From positions 19,964,001 to 20,028,000 of the forward strand of contig NC_043018.1 in assembly GCF_006345805.1 (NCBI RefSeq): a stretch of DNA of 64,000 nucleotides, in the 5' to 3' direction. The position numbers and the translations under genes were made by a program. The DNA comes from Octopus sinensis (taxonomy: Eukaryota). The notes under the pieces were generated by a model. The model was not told the DNA's origin. It saw only the letters and a program-made list of their open reading frames with translations, and searched no databases. Below, one piece after another: positions 50,310 to 63,668 of the stretch; position 1 is the first letter of the stretch, and every line of letters starts with the position of its first letter.

Positions 50310-50320
50310 CATATATATAT

Positions 50321-50705
50321 AGGTGTAAGAGTGGCTGTGTGGTTCTGGGTTCAATCCCAAGTGTCTTGTATATAGCTTCAGGCTGACCAAAGCCTTGTGT
50401 GTGGATTAGGTCGATAAAAATGAAAGAAGCCCATTGTATGTGTATATATATATATATGTGTGTGTGTGGTGTGTGTGTGGTGTGTGTGTGTGTGTGTGTG
50501 TGTGCGTGTGTATCTGTGTTTGTCCCCCCACCATTGCTTGACAAATGATGTTGGAGTGTTTACGTCCCTGTAACTTAGTGGTTCGGCATAAGATACCAAT
50601 GGAATAAGTATTAGGCTTACAAAGAATAAGTCCTGGATCGATTTCTTCGACTAAATGTGGTGCTTCAGCATGGCCGCAGTCAGATGACTCAAACAAATAA
50701 AAGAA
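50321..50705 (+). mobile_element. SINE family A with internal deletion
   Basis: Family A motifs. Confidence 0.75.
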
Positions 50706-50879
50706 TATATATATATATATATTTGTAAGTTACTAATAAGAGACATGATATGTTGACTTTGAAGACAATAGCATTTTTAGTGGTCAATCAATATTGTCAT
50801 TCAATCGACTGATTGAGTAAAGAGGAACCATGAATGCACACAAAATGCATATCAGAAACAGCTGTAAGTGTATACCCTT

Positions 50880-51302
50880 TACTCTTTACTCTTTTACTCT
50901 TTTACTTGTTTCAATCATTTGACTGTGGCCATGCTGGAGCACCGCCTTTAGTCGAGCAAATCGACCCCGGGACTTATTCTTTGTAAGCCCAGTACTTATT
51001 CTATCGGTCTCTTTTGCCGAACCTCTAAGTGACGGGGACGTAAACACACCAGCATCGGTTGTCAAGCAATGCTAGGGGGACAAACACAGACACACAAACA
51101 TATACACACACACTTATATATATATATATACATATATACGACAGGCTTCTTTCAGTTTCCGTCTACCAAATCCACTCACAAGGCATTGGTCGGCCCGGGG
51201 CTATAGCAGAAGACACTTGCCCAAGGTGCCACGCAGTGGGACTGAACCCGGAACCATGTGGTTGGTTAGCAAGCTACTTACCACACAGCCACTCCTGCGC
51301 CT
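50880..51302 (-). mobile_element. SINE family A, near consensus
   Basis: Full-length reverse copy. Confidence 0.9.
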
Positions 51303-51499
51303 ATAATGCACTAAAACATAAATGTATAAAGCCCGTTATTTATGCCCCTTCTTATATGTATATATGTGTGTGTGTGTTTGTATATACATGTGCATGAATC
51401 TACGTATGGCTAAAATATTTGTTACATTTTTGGTCCCCACAAGATCACAGATAGAACCTGCTTTTTATATTGTGTCCACGTACAAGGTTTTTATCTCTG

Positions 51500-51539
<40 letters not shown>

Positions 51540-51555
51540 CACACACAACAGGATT

Positions 51556-51710
51556 CTTTAAATTTCCATCTACCAAATCCACTCACAAGGCTTTGATCGG
51601 CTCAAGGCAGTAATAGAAGACACTTGTATAAGGTGCCACGCAGTGGGTCTGAACCCAGAAGTATGTAGTTGGGAAGCAAGCTTCTAACCACACAGCTATG
51701 CCTGTGCCTA
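51556..51710 (-). mobile_element. SINE family A 5' half
   Basis: CCAAATCCACTCACAAGG...GAACCCAGAA...CACACAGC. Confidence 0.7.
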
Positions 51711-51720
51711 TATAATAGAG

Positions 51721-51757
<37 letters not shown>

Positions 51758-51797
51758 CAGATATATACATAAATATGTGTGTATATATATATGTATG

Positions 51798-51836
<39 letters not shown>

Positions 51837-51959
51837 ATGTATATGCATACATAAGAACACATGGATGTGTATGAGTATATATGCACACATATACACTCAC
51901 TATAAATATATATATGCATATATGTATGTATGTATGTTTATATATAGATAGATATACTA

Positions 51960-52370
51960 CACACACACACATATATATACATATATACATATTCACATAC
52001 ACACACACATATATACATACATACATATTCACACACACATATATACATACATACATATTCACACACACACACATATACATACATACATATTCACACACAC
52101 ACACATATACATACATACACATTCACACACACACATATATAGATACATACATATTCACACACACACATATATACATACATACATATTCACACACACGCAC
52201 ATATATACATACATACATATTCACACACACACACACACACATATATACATACATACATATTCACACACACACACACACACATATATACATACATACATAT
52301 TCACACACACACACACACACATATATACATACATACATATTCACACACACACACACACACACACATATAT

Positions 52371-52410
<40 letters not shown>
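51960..52410. repeat. (CA)n/(TA)n-derived minisatellite with ATATTC marker (~30-36 bp units)
   Basis: Recurrent ATACATACATATTCACACAC. Confidence 0.85.
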
Positions 52411-52414
<4 letters not shown>

Positions 52415-53008
52415 TGTATGCATATATCAGTTATGATTACCAAAGTCTACATCTTTTATCGGTCCAAACGAATGTGTCAAACTTCACTGCCTGAAATGAT
52501 AAATCAGCTGAATGTATATATATATATTCTCTCTGTTGTTGTTGTTGCTGTAAAAGTGCCTCCACAATCCTTTCCTGCCACCATCGCAAACACGATAGAG
52601 TTTTTCCAGATAATTCAGTCACGCAAAAACGAACAGAACAGATCGTTTCTAGTTTTGTTTTGTAGCAGATCTTCAAAGCACCTCGGCTAAAAAGCTTTTG
52701 TTGTTGTCTTGGTTTACGTAATATTTTTTGAAGCTTTATAAATTTTCGAAAACAGCAAACAGAAAAACCTTCCAGTTGAATAGAAAGATCTGGAATAGTT
52801 AAATATGTTAATTGGCTTGCATTAGTAGGAGAGGAGAAAGCAGAGAGAGAGAGAGGAGGGGGGTAGGTTGGATGTGGTTATTTACAATGGAGAGAGACAA
52901 AGGGAAGATGTGTATACTTATGGAGAGAGAGGGGGCAGAGGGGGGAATGAAAGACTTAAGCTCAAGAGAGACTGCCATTTTAGAGAGAGAGAGAAAAAGA
53001 AAGATTAG

Positions 53009-53388
53009 GAAGCACTCCGTCGGTTACGACGACAAGGGTTCCGGTTGATCCGATCAACGGAACAGCCTGCTCGTGAAATTAACGTGTATGTGGCTGAGCA
53101 CTCCACAGACACGTGCACCCTTAACGTAGTTCTCGGGGATATTCAGCGTGGCACAGAGACTGACAAGGCTGGCCCTTTGAAATACAGGTACAACAGAAAC
53201 AGGAAGTAAGAAAGAGTGAGAGAAAGTTGTGGTGAAAGAGTACAGCAGGGATCACCACCATCCCCTGCCGGAGCCTCGTGGAGCTTTTAGGTGTTTTCGC
53301 TCAATAAACACTCACAACGTCTGGGAATCGAAACCGCGATCCTACGACCGCGAATCCGCTGCCCTAACCACTGGGCCATTGCGCCTCC
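53009..53388 (-). mobile_element. SINE family D (tRNA-Arg-like head, tail type 1), full length
   Basis: Reverse complement of 55924-56305. Confidence 0.9.
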
Positions 53389-53985
53389 AGAAAAAGAAAG
53401 ATACAACTTAGATGGAGAGGCTGTTGATCTTCTGAGAATGTATTTGCTGTCTCATGGAGAGAAAGACTCATATTTCGGACTCTATCACATTAAACGGATT
53501 GTGTGAGACTCAAATTGAAGAGAGAGACTGTCAGCTTAGAGTGAGAGAGAATGACATGAAGAAAGATTTAGTTTAGAAAGAAACTAAAGTTAAAGAGAGG
53601 GAGAGAGTGACAGAGAGAGACTGTTATCTTAGAGAGAGAGAGAAAGAGAGAGAGACTCAACTTAGAAAGAGAAACTGTTAATCTGCTGAGAATGATTCTG
53701 TTGACTCACAGACAGAAGACTCATATTACAGACTATTGCATTAAACAGAATGAGAGACTCACATTGAAGAGAGACTGTCAACTTAGAGAGAAAGGGAAAG
53801 AACGTTAAAGAGAGAGAAAGAAAGGGAGGAGAGAGAGAGAGAGAGTCAGAGAGAGACTCAACTTAGAGGGTTTCTCAACTTAAAAAGAAAGAATACAAAT
53901 CTATCAAACCTACAGAAATAGTAACCAAATTTAATTTGAATTACTTTCAAGTTCAGTGATTCTCATTTTTACCTTTTCTTCACGG

Positions 53986-54160
53986 CATCATCATCATCAT
54001 CATCATCATCATTATATTAACATGTAGCATCCATGCTGGCATGAGTAGGATGGTTCTACAAGAATCTGACAAGTCCAGGAACTGCACTGAGGTCAAATAT
54101 CTGCTTTCGCATTGTCTCTACAGTCAGATGCTCTTCCAACTAATGCCAACCACTTTACAA
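53986..54160 (-). mobile_element. Family C repeat, old
   Basis: (ATC)n, CCATGCTGGCATG, CAGATGCTCTTCC. Confidence 0.5.
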
Positions 54161-54530
54161 AATGGAAATGAATTTGAAAAAGTAAATATCACTCGGCACG
54201 CTTTCTCTGGAAAATGATTTTACAAAAATCTAGTTTTAAAGTTTAAAATTTCAAAAAAAAAAAAAATACAGAAAATAATTGTCCTCTAAATTGTTTTATT
54301 AATCAAGATTGCGTTGACCGGAACTGGTTGGCCTTTATAGATTCTCTCAATGTCAGGATATCCAAGCAATAAATCAGGCTCACATTTCTTCCTCAGTCCA
54401 TTGAAGAATTCCTCTTTGTTTTGCATTTAATGTTGCTCAGTAAGGATAATCCTAATCCCTAATCTATATAAATATGACACTGAAAATTGAATCCATATCG
54501 ATAGAGTTGTTTCAGCTGATAAATGATATT

Positions 54531-54695
54531 CCTTATAGCATTTAAACTGGCCATTTCCAACCCAAAGTATTCTACCTTTGTTCAAACTGACTAGATCCAA
54601 CCTTTCACACCTACCCTACAATGTCATTCTAAAAATAAACAATCACTTCATTGAAATCTTGAAGCTATGAGATGACACATGATTAATTCCAAACA

Positions 54696-54700
<5 letters not shown>
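54531..54700 (+). mobile_element. piggyBac-like MITE, partial
   Basis: TAGCATTTAAACTGGCC...CACACCTACCCTACAATGTCATTCT shared with the 9786 and 45408 copies. Confidence 0.65.
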
Positions 54701-54741
<41 letters not shown>

Positions 54742-55369
54742 TTGGCAAAGCTTCAACTGTAGTGTTATATGAGGCAAAAAATTGTTTCACCACATCTAAG
54801 TTGCTTTTATTCTTCCTCTCTAAGGATACCAAAATGCCAAAATACAACTTCCGAATCAGTTTTCTCATTAGAGATAGAATACCAGCATTTGATCTGCCTA
54901 CAGAGAAAGAGAGAGAGAGAGAAAGCTCTAGGTCATACTTGTATTTGATCACTAAATGCGATGGGCTTACATAACCAGGCAGTTTGATTTGCATAAATAC
55001 TGCATCATTTGCATTTTGTTACTGTACAGTGACGGTTCTGTTGTGTTGAAAAAGAAAAGAAAGAGTTTTAATTTATGCCTCACTACTGACATAGCCAAAA
55101 TTAATGTGGTTTAGTGCATAAATAATTAATTAATTTGAATAAATTACCAACAAAGTACTAGCTAGACATATTAAACTGATTAGTTGAACTAATCATCGCC
55201 GTTTATATATATTTATATATATATTAAAGAGAAAAATAACTAGTTTTTTTTATACACACACACACACACATATATATATATGAGAGATGTTGGTAGCAAG
55301 AAGACCCAAGATGGCAGGTGAGGTTATGTAAGTGCTATGGAAGGACCATAGTTAGGTTTTTGGTTCAAT

Positions 55370-55725
55370 AATAATAATAATAATAATAATAATGAAATTA
55401 TTGTATACAGTGCTCAGGTGCTCCACAACTTGTCAGAAAGTGCGTATAAAGTATATGCAGTAATGTACAAATGTCTGGAAAGCGAACAATGTATGAGTCA
55501 GATACATGCTTGTGTGTGTATGGAGGGGAAAAAATCAGGTGTAGTGTTGGCGAATCTCAGAAAGCATGGAAGTTTTGAAGGATGCAGTGCTCTGACAACT
55601 AACAACATGCTTCAGCAACTCTCAGCGTGAAAAAATGTTTCCTAAAGTCATGGGAGCTGTGCTGTTTTCTGACTTTGTAAATATGTCCACGGGTGTTAGA
55701 CGGGTGGAGTTTGAAAAGGTGAATG
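55370..55725 (-). mobile_element. CR1-type LINE 3' end with (ATT)n tail
   Basis: HPSNTRGHIYKVRKQHSSHDFRKHFFTLRVAEA, matching the TRGH...RKHFF.RV C-terminal motif. Confidence 0.8.
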
Positions 55726-55923
55726 AGGAGTCTAATGCAGGTCTTGTGTGGGCGTGTATATGTTAAATACAATGAGACAAGAAAGCCAAGGCTGTGTGGA
55801 ATATTTAGGACATTTATAAAGAGAATGGTAATTCCACACAGCTTTGGCATTGTTGTCTCATTTTATTTAACATATATGTGTGTGTGTGTGTGTGTGTGTA
55901 TGTGTGTGTGTGTCTGTGTGTGT

Positions 55924-56305
55924 GGAGGCGCAATGGCCCAGTGGTTAGGGCAGCGGACTCGCGGTCGTAGGATCATGGTTTCGATTCCCAGACCGGGCGT
56001 TGTGAGTGTTTATTGAGCGAAAACACCTAAAAATTCCACGACTCTCCGGCAGGGATGGTGGTGATCCCTGCCGTACTCTTTCACCACAACTTTCTCTCAC
56101 TCTTACTTCCTGTTTCTGTTGTACCTGTATTTCAAAGGGCCGGCCTTGTCACTCTCTGTGTCACGCTGAATATCCCCGAGAACTACGTTAAGGGTACACG
56201 TGTCTGTGGAGTGCTCAGCCACTTACACGTTAATTTCAGGAGTAGGCTGTTCCGTTGATTCGGATCAACCGGAACCCTCGTCATCGTAACCGACGGAGTG
56301 CTTCC
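55924..56305 (+). mobile_element. SINE family D, full length
   Basis: TGGCCCAGTGGTTAGGGC A box, GGTTTCGATTCCC B box, TCG at the anticodon position. Confidence 0.9.
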
Positions 56306-56319
56306 ATCTGTGTGTGTAT

Positions 56320-56430
56320 GAAGGTGCATGGCTCAGTGGTTAAAGTATCGGACTCACAATCATGAGATAGTGAGTTCAATTACCAGACCAGGCTGTGTGT
56401 TGTGTTCTTGAGCCAGACATTTTGTTTCAA
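56320..56430 (+). mobile_element. SINE family E head only
   Basis: TGGCTCAGTGGTTAAAG...GAGTTCAATTACC...TTGTGTTCTTGAGC. Confidence 0.7.
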
Positions 56431-56441
56431 ATAGTATATAT

Positions 56442-56875
56442 ATATTCCCATTTCATAAACTTCACAACCTGAATGAAATTGAGTGAAAACTGAGAGTAAA
56501 GGACTTTATTAAGAAATTCAAACCCAAGCTTAACAAACAATGATTAAATTAATCTTATTTGGGGTTTAAAAATCTTATCCCTATAACTAAAGCACAAAAA
56601 ATCTCTAAAAAGTACTGCTATCATCGTTTCTAAAAATAAACATTGAAAAATGGTTTGGCATCATTTCTAAAAATAGCCAAACAACTACTACGTCTGTCCA
56701 CAGGGACATATATACAGGACAAAAGAGAGCCAGTCAACCACAGTTGAAACACTCCTGTCACAACCTGGGACCTTGAAGACTGCTATAATGCAAGAAAGTA
56801 TACTAGTCCCTTAATATTTGATATCCAATATTTCATCGATTCAATAAGACAGTCAATACTTCATTTCATTTTAGT
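56442..56875 (+). mobile_element. Penelope-like element 3' end (GIY-YIG C-terminus plus terminal repeat)
   Basis: IFPFHKLHNLNEIE*KLRVKDFIKKFKPKLNKQ* at 56442-56543 (FI..FKP.LN terminus); hammerhead motif downstream. Confidence 0.7.
56767..56810 (+). ncRNA. Type I hammerhead motif with a 1-nt core insertion
   Basis: GGGAC-CTTGAAGA-CTGC/TATAAT/GCAA-GAA-AGTATACT-A|GTCCC. Confidence 0.7.
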
Positions 56876-56899
56876 ATATATACTATATTCTTTCTGTCT

Positions 56900-57103
56900 T
56901 TTTCTTTTACTTGTTTCAGTCATTTTGACTGCAGCCATGCTGGAGCACCGCCTTTAGTCGAGCAAATCGATCCCGGGACTTATTCTTTGTAAGCCCAGTA
57001 CTTATTCTATCGGTCTCTTTTGCTGAACTGCTAGGTGATGGGGACATAAACACACCAGCATCGGTTGTCAAGCAATGCTAGAGGGACAAACACAGACACA
57101 CAA

Positions 57104-57157
<54 letters not shown>

Positions 57158-57272
57158 CAGGCTTCTTTGAGTTTCTGTCTACCAAATCCACTCACAAGAC
57201 ATTGGTCGGCCCGGGGCTATAGCAGAAGACACTTGCCCAAGATGCCACGCAGCAGGACTGAACCCGGAACCA
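56900..57272 (-). mobile_element. SINE family A
   Basis: Reverse copy, extreme 5' end missing. Confidence 0.85.
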
Positions 57273-57327
57273 TATTATAAAGAATATAAATAAAACATAA
57301 AAAACAGAGTTGGAACTCCTTTGAATA

Positions 57328-57384
<57 letters not shown>

Positions 57385-57389
<5 letters not shown>

Positions 57390-57717
57390 CCCCCTTTGGT
57401 CATGAATGACCATGGGATTGCACCTAGAAAGTTACCCTCCTAGACACAAGTCTGGGCAAGGTTGTTTATGGAAGACCAGCATTCGCCCATGCATACCAGC
57501 CTCCCCTCTCCACGCCACCGATGTTATCCAAGGGAAAGACAAAGGTCAATACAGCTTGGCACCTGTGACATCGCAACTCATTTCTACAGCTGAGTGAACT
57601 GGAGCAACGTGAAATAAAGTGCCTTGCTCAAGAACACAACACGCAGCCCGGTCCAGGATTCGAGCTCACAACCTCACGATCGTAAGCTCGACGCTCTAAC
57701 CACTGAGCCATGTGCCT

Positions 57718-57719
<2 letters not shown>
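57385..57719 (-). mobile_element. SINE family E with tail type 3, full length
   Basis: Reverse complement of 21350-21695. Confidence 0.85.
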
Positions 57720-57781
<62 letters not shown>

Positions 57782-57802
57782 TACGTACATAAACATATTT
57801 AT

Positions 57803-57834
<32 letters not shown>

Positions 57835-57954
57835 GTATATATGTGTGTGTGTGTGTGTGTACATACACATATACAAATATATGCATATATATATATATAT
57901 ATATTGTTGACTCTCCTGTCGTTAGACGCTGAGCAACCACACAGAGGATTTGTT

Positions 57955-58172
57955 TACACAGATCAAATGCTCGTGTAGACATAAACTCACTCCCACCATG
58001 AAACCAACATTGTTTGTACAGGTGCACCATATGCCACATGTCAGATGCTGAAATGATTGCAGAGCAGTGTGGAATGAAGTGCCTTGCTCAAGGACATAAC
58101 ACAACACCTGGTCTGGGAATCGAGCCCACGGTCTCGCAGTCATGAGTGCAACACCCTAACCTCTAAGCCACC
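57955..58172 (-). mobile_element. SINE E/D-type, diverged
   Basis: GCCTTGCTCAAGG...GGTCTGGGAATCGA...CCCTAACCTCTAAGCCA. Confidence 0.6.
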
Positions 58173-58214
58173 TGCCTGTTGAGTGGGTTTTACAGATACA
58201 TATATACACACATG

Positions 58215-58246
<32 letters not shown>

Positions 58247-58300
58247 GTATGTATATAAATATATATAGGTAGGTGTGTGTGTGTGTGTGTGTATATATTC

Positions 58301-58575
58301 ATCATCATCATCATCGTCATCATCTAATGTCCACTTTCCATGCTAGCATGGGTTGGACAATTTGACTGAAGACTGGCGAACCAGTAGGCTGCACCATCCT
58401 CCAATCTGACCTGGTAATGTTTCTACAGCTGGATGCCCTTCCTAATGCCAAACACTCCGAGAGTGTAGTGGGTGCTTTTATGTGCTACCGGCACGAGGGC
58501 CAGTCAGGCGGTACTGGCAACAGCCATGCTCAAATGGAGTTTTTTACGTGCCACTTACACAGGAGCCAGTCCACG
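58301..58575 (-). mobile_element. Family C repeat
   Basis: (ATC)n, GCTGGATGCCCTTCCTAATGCC. Confidence 0.7.
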
Positions 58576-58869
58576 TATATACATGCATACATACATACAT
58601 ATATATACACACATATATATACATATATATATGTCTATATATATATATATATACACATACATATATATATACACACACAAAATCAGAAATATTAAATTTC
58701 TAAATATCTCATAGAGATATGTACGGTGGTGGGGCAATAGAGTGATGTAATCCCCTACTGTCACGTTAAGTTGACAGTATACAACCACTCTATATATACA
58801 CACATATATATATACACACACATATATATATATACACATATATATATACACATATATATATACATATAT

Positions 58870-58926
<57 letters not shown>

Positions 58927-59264
58927 ATAGCAAGAGAGAGAGAGAGACATTTAGTTCTACTAATGATATTCTTTGTTTGATGAGGAAACCAGTTTGGAAA
59001 ACGGTTATTTTTTTTTCTTTTTTACCTTTCTGTCTTTGGAAAGCGAGAGAGAAAAAGAAAGAAGAGGCATTTGTTTACAAATGCCACAATAGTGCAACAA
59101 CTTTGATGTGCTGCGTAAAAAAGTTTCACTCTCGTCTCCGAACAATGACTGGTGTAGCAGAAGACAAATACTGTTTAGTGCCTAATTAATTATTTACCTT
59201 CAATAAATCTCAGCTAACCACCTGTTATGTAAATGAAAATCAATCTATTGGTCAGACTCTAACG

Positions 59265-59308
<44 letters not shown>

Positions 59309-59309
59309 A

Positions 59310-59340
<31 letters not shown>

Positions 59341-59655
59341 TAGAAGATAAAATCGTTAAAGATTTTATATCAGTGGCCAGCATAGAATATAAACCTATTA
59401 AGGTGAATTCATATATAGAGATTTATAATGGTTTAAAATGCAATTATAATTAAGAGCATAGAAAAGAAGCCGAAAGTAGATTCTAAATCGTCAAACCACT
59501 TAAAAATTATCACTTTTGTTGTACATGACAGCATAAACATGGTCTTTTCTCTGCCCTGAATAATAATTACGTTTGATACTATTATAAATCTCTCTCTATA
59601 TATATATACACACACACCCACCACATATATATATATATATACTTATATATATATA

Positions 59656-59693
<38 letters not shown>

Positions 59694-59694
<1 letters not shown>

Positions 59695-59918
59695 GGAGAG
59701 TTTACGAAAAAAACAAAAGACGAAGGCAGGTGGTGTACAAAACAAACAGATGTATTAGTATAACGCTCAGGAATAGAAAAAGTCTTTTACGTTTCGAGCC
59801 TACGCTCTTCTACAGAATGGGACACAGAAAAAACAAGGAGAGAAAAAAATGTGTGTAGTAGCTAACGATCTATCATGGCGTCTGTATGTATATACACATA
59901 TATATGTGTGTGTGTGTG

Positions 59919-59961
<43 letters not shown>

Positions 59962-60110
59962 AGAGTTTACGAAAAAAACAAAAGACGAAGACAGGTGGTG
60001 TACAAAACAAACAGATGTATTAGTATAACGCTCAGGAATAGAAAGAATGTTTTATGTTTCGAGCCTACGCTCTTCTACAGAAAGGGACATAGAAAAAACA
60101 AGGAAAGAAA
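59694..60110 (-). mobile_element. Partial-tandem Penelope-like terminal repeats (59694-59881, 59959-60110), each with a hammerhead-like motif
   Basis: Direct repeats separated by (TA)/(TG); minus strand CTGTAGA-A-GAGC/GTAG/GCTC-GAAAC. Confidence 0.65.
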
Positions 60111-60571
60111 ATATATATATATATATTGATTATGTATAGTTTCCACTTGTAGTTGCAGTTTGGCCAAATGGTTAAGAAGTTCATTTCGTAACTATGTAGT
60201 GAAGTTTGTAATGTGACTCAGTCCCATTGCGTGGCACCTATTAGGGAACGGTTTTTTTTTTTTTTACTTCTGTAGCTTTGTGTTGACCCCTATGTTGGGA
60301 GTGCAATTGGGTTGAAGGAAACTTTAGAAAGAAATCTCCTGAGTGGATTATACCTGTGATTGAAAGAGGTATGAAGAGTGTGAAGGTGCATGGCTTAGTG
60401 GGTGAGGTATTCAGCTTACAATTATAAGGTCATCGGTTCAAACTATGGAAGGACAAATTGAACTAAAAATACAAAAATAAAAAGGATAATCATAATTGAT
60501 TATAGACTTACTCAGTCAGCACTGACCCAGGGTTAAATACTCCAATGACATCCACCAGTATAATAATAACA

Positions 60572-60605
<34 letters not shown>

Positions 60606-60607
<2 letters not shown>

Positions 60608-60928
60608 TCATCATCATCATCATCATTTAGCGTCCGTTCTCCATGCTAGCATGGGTTGGACGGTTCAACTGGGGTCTGTGAAGCTGGAAGGCTTCATCAG
60701 GCCCAGTCAGATCTGGCAGTGTTTCTACAGCTGGATGCCCTTCCTAACGCCAACCACTCTGTGAGTGTAGTGGGTGCTTTTTACGTGCCACCTGCACAGG
60801 TGCCAGACAGAGCTGGCAACGGCCACGAACGGATGGTGCTTTTACGTGTCACCGGCACGGGGCCAGGCGAGGCTGGCAACGGACACGAACGGATGGTGCT
60901 TTTACGTGCCACCAACACGGGGGCCAGA
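60606..60928 (-). mobile_element. Family C repeat with three internal modules
   Basis: (ATC)n tail; GGCAACGG(C/A)CACGAACGGATGGTGCTTTTACGTG repeated. Confidence 0.75.
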
Positions 60929-60996
60929 CATACACACATACACACACACAAACACACACACTCACACATACACACACACATATATAATAAATCATA

Positions 60997-61228
60997 AGGC
61001 GGTGAGCTGGCAGAAACGTTAGCACGCTGGGCGAAATGCGTGGCCGTATTTTGTCTGCCGTTACGTTCTGAGTTCAAATTCCGCCGAGGTCGACTTTGAC
61101 TTTTATCCTTTCGGGGTCGATAAATTAAGTACCAGTTGCACACTGGGGTCGATGTAATCGACTTAATCCCTTTGTCTGTCCTTGTTTGTCCTCTCTGTGT
61201 TTAGCCCCTTGTGGGTAGTAAAGAAATA
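60997..61228 (+). mobile_element. SINE family B monomer
   Basis: Near-consensus copy. Confidence 0.9.
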
Positions 61229-61521
61229 TATATAATAAATCCTAGAAAAGAAGAACAAATACAAAAAAAAACACAAGCTGATCCTACATGGGAATCAAGT
61301 TACAAGTCCATTTGTCCATGACATTTTCCACCACTTAAACAAGTAATTCAGGAGAAGGTAATTCACTTCATCATGTGAGAAAATCCTCACCATCGTATGA
61401 CAACGACCCACTGTAACTGTTAGCTGGGTTTCAATCCATGGACAGATCAAGAGATATTTATTTTGGGAGAGAATCAAAATTTGAAACCTGTGAGGTAGAA
61501 CCATATTTTTTTTTTTTTGCA

Positions 61522-61820
61522 TATCATCATCATCATCGTTTAACGTCCGTTCTCCATGCTAGCATGGGTTGGACGGTTCGACCGGGGATCTGGGAAGCCA
61601 GAAGGCTGCACCAGGCTCCGGTCTTATCTGGCAATGTTTCTACAGCTGGATGCCCTTCCTAACGCCAACCACTCCGTGAGTGTAGTGGGTGCTTTTTACG
61701 TGCCACCTGCACTGGTGCCAGGTGAGGCTGGCATCGGCCATGGTCGGATTGGTGCATTTTACGTGCCACCTGCACAGAAGCCAGTCGAGGCGGCACTGGC
61801 TTCGGCCACGATTCGGATAA
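61522..61820 (-). mobile_element. Family C repeat, young
   Basis: Near-identical to the reverse complement of 573-721 and 38872-39034. Confidence 0.75.
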
Positions 61821-62140
61821 TGTCATTTGTTTATTATTGTCACAATATAGAAACGGTGCTGGTATGTTGAGAGAAAAGGTTTATTATACACAACACCATA
61901 GCTTTAGCACATGTATGAATAGGGGCTGGAAACTATAAAAAGGCCTGGTTGGAGGTCCAACCTTCCAAGTTCTTTTACAGGGCTCAGAAAAACTGAATGA
62001 CCCTTACAATAATGTTGAATAAAATCATAACTATGTGATTCCCCCCTGTATTTTCTTTTACCCAAAGTCAGGAACTTAAGAGCATGCCCTCGTATGTATA
62101 TATGTGTGTGTGTAAATATATATGTGTGTGTGTGTGTGTG

Positions 62141-62335
62141 TAGGAGTGGCTGTGTGATAAGTAGTTTGCTTACCAACCACATGGTTCTGGGTTCAGTCTC
62201 ACTGCGTGGCACCTTGGGCAAGTGTCTTCTGCTATAACCTCAGGCCAACCAAAGCCTTGTGTGTAGAGTTGGTAGATGGAAACTGAAAGAAGCCCATCGT
62301 GTATATATGTATATGTTTGTGTGTCTGTGTGTCTA
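62141..62335 (+). mobile_element. SINE family A 5' half
   Basis: A and B boxes, CORE-like motif. Confidence 0.8.
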
Positions 62336-62869
62336 CAGTCATACCTGCACCCGTACCAAAAGTCTGAAATAAAAACGACATATAAAGTTGAAACACCTTT
62401 ATCAAAAAAGTAGACGTGATCAGGGCCAGGGTTGTCCTGCGGTTAAAAAAAAAAAAAAAGCAACTAAACAACAATAACAGTTTTCTGGAATATTCTGTTT
62501 ACCAATTTTGAAATTTCAGCCTGAAATGAAATTAAAAAAAAGACAAAAAAAAAAAGAAAAACTACAAACAGAAATGAAATTCCTTTGTTTTCTTCTTTCT
62601 TTCTTTCTTTCTTTTTTTCTTTTCTTTAACCATAAATTAGAATATGACTTTTGCAAAAAGAAGTTCTTTGACTCTATCAAATAATAATATTGGAAGATAA
62701 TAATGATTCTATTTCTGGGTCGACCGTTCTTTTACCAAAATAGCTTCCAATATTTCTTGTTCTTTACATCTTTGGACAAAATTTAGCAATACTTTGCATC
62801 TCTTTTACACAACTGTGTACTGACTGGCATGGAAGACTCTACCGAAAGGTGCGCTTGAGTTAACAACAT

Positions 62870-63226
62870 CAGCAGCAGCTGTAGTAGTAGAAGCAGCAGG
62901 AGCTGCAGTGGTTGTAGTAGTAGTAGTAGTAATAGCAGCAGCAGCAGCTGTAGTGGGTGTAGTAGTAGTAGTAGTAGTAGTAGTAATGGTAGCAGCAGCA
63001 GCAACAGTAGTGGTTGTAGTAGTGGTGGTGGTAGTAGTAGTTGTAGCAGCAGCAGTAGTGGTCATAGTAGCAGTAGCAGCAGCAGTAATGGTGGTAGTAG
63101 TAGTAGTTGCTGTTGTAGTAGTTGTAGCAGCAGCAGTGGTCATAGTAGTAGTAGCAGCAGCAGCGGTGGTCATAGTAGTAGTAGTAGCAGCAGTAATGGT
63201 GGTAGTAGTAGTAGTAGTTGTTGTTT
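62870..63226. repeat. (GTA)/(GCA)/(GTG) trinucleotide low-complexity tract
   Basis: Direct inspection. Confidence 0.9.
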
Positions 63227-63668
63227 AACCTCAAGGCAGGCTAACTGGTTCGAAGACATTCCAACCATGACCACCTCATCAGCCATTGCAGTATTTACAA
63301 TTACGTTATCCAATGTTTCCCACTGTCTTTTCAGAACAACAGGGTGTGGTTCATGGTAGTTTTAGCTGCTATCTCTAGGAGGTCAGTCAAACAACCAATT
63401 ATACCACGAGTGGGGGACCCCCTTTTTTTCGCTCTTTTTTTTTTAAATCCCAGGAGAAAATTCCCAGTGCTGATGAACCTGTGATGTAAGGGTCACATTG
63501 ATGCTGAGGAAAATAACAAGTCTTAAATTATATAAATTGCTAGGCTTGCACCTTTAATTAATTAAACTGGGATGGTTTAAAGGTTTACAACTGATATAAG
63601 GTACCTGTACCCCATTCAAGGGAGTTATGTGTACCGTTCTCAAAAGAAAAAAAAAATTGAAGCAAAAA

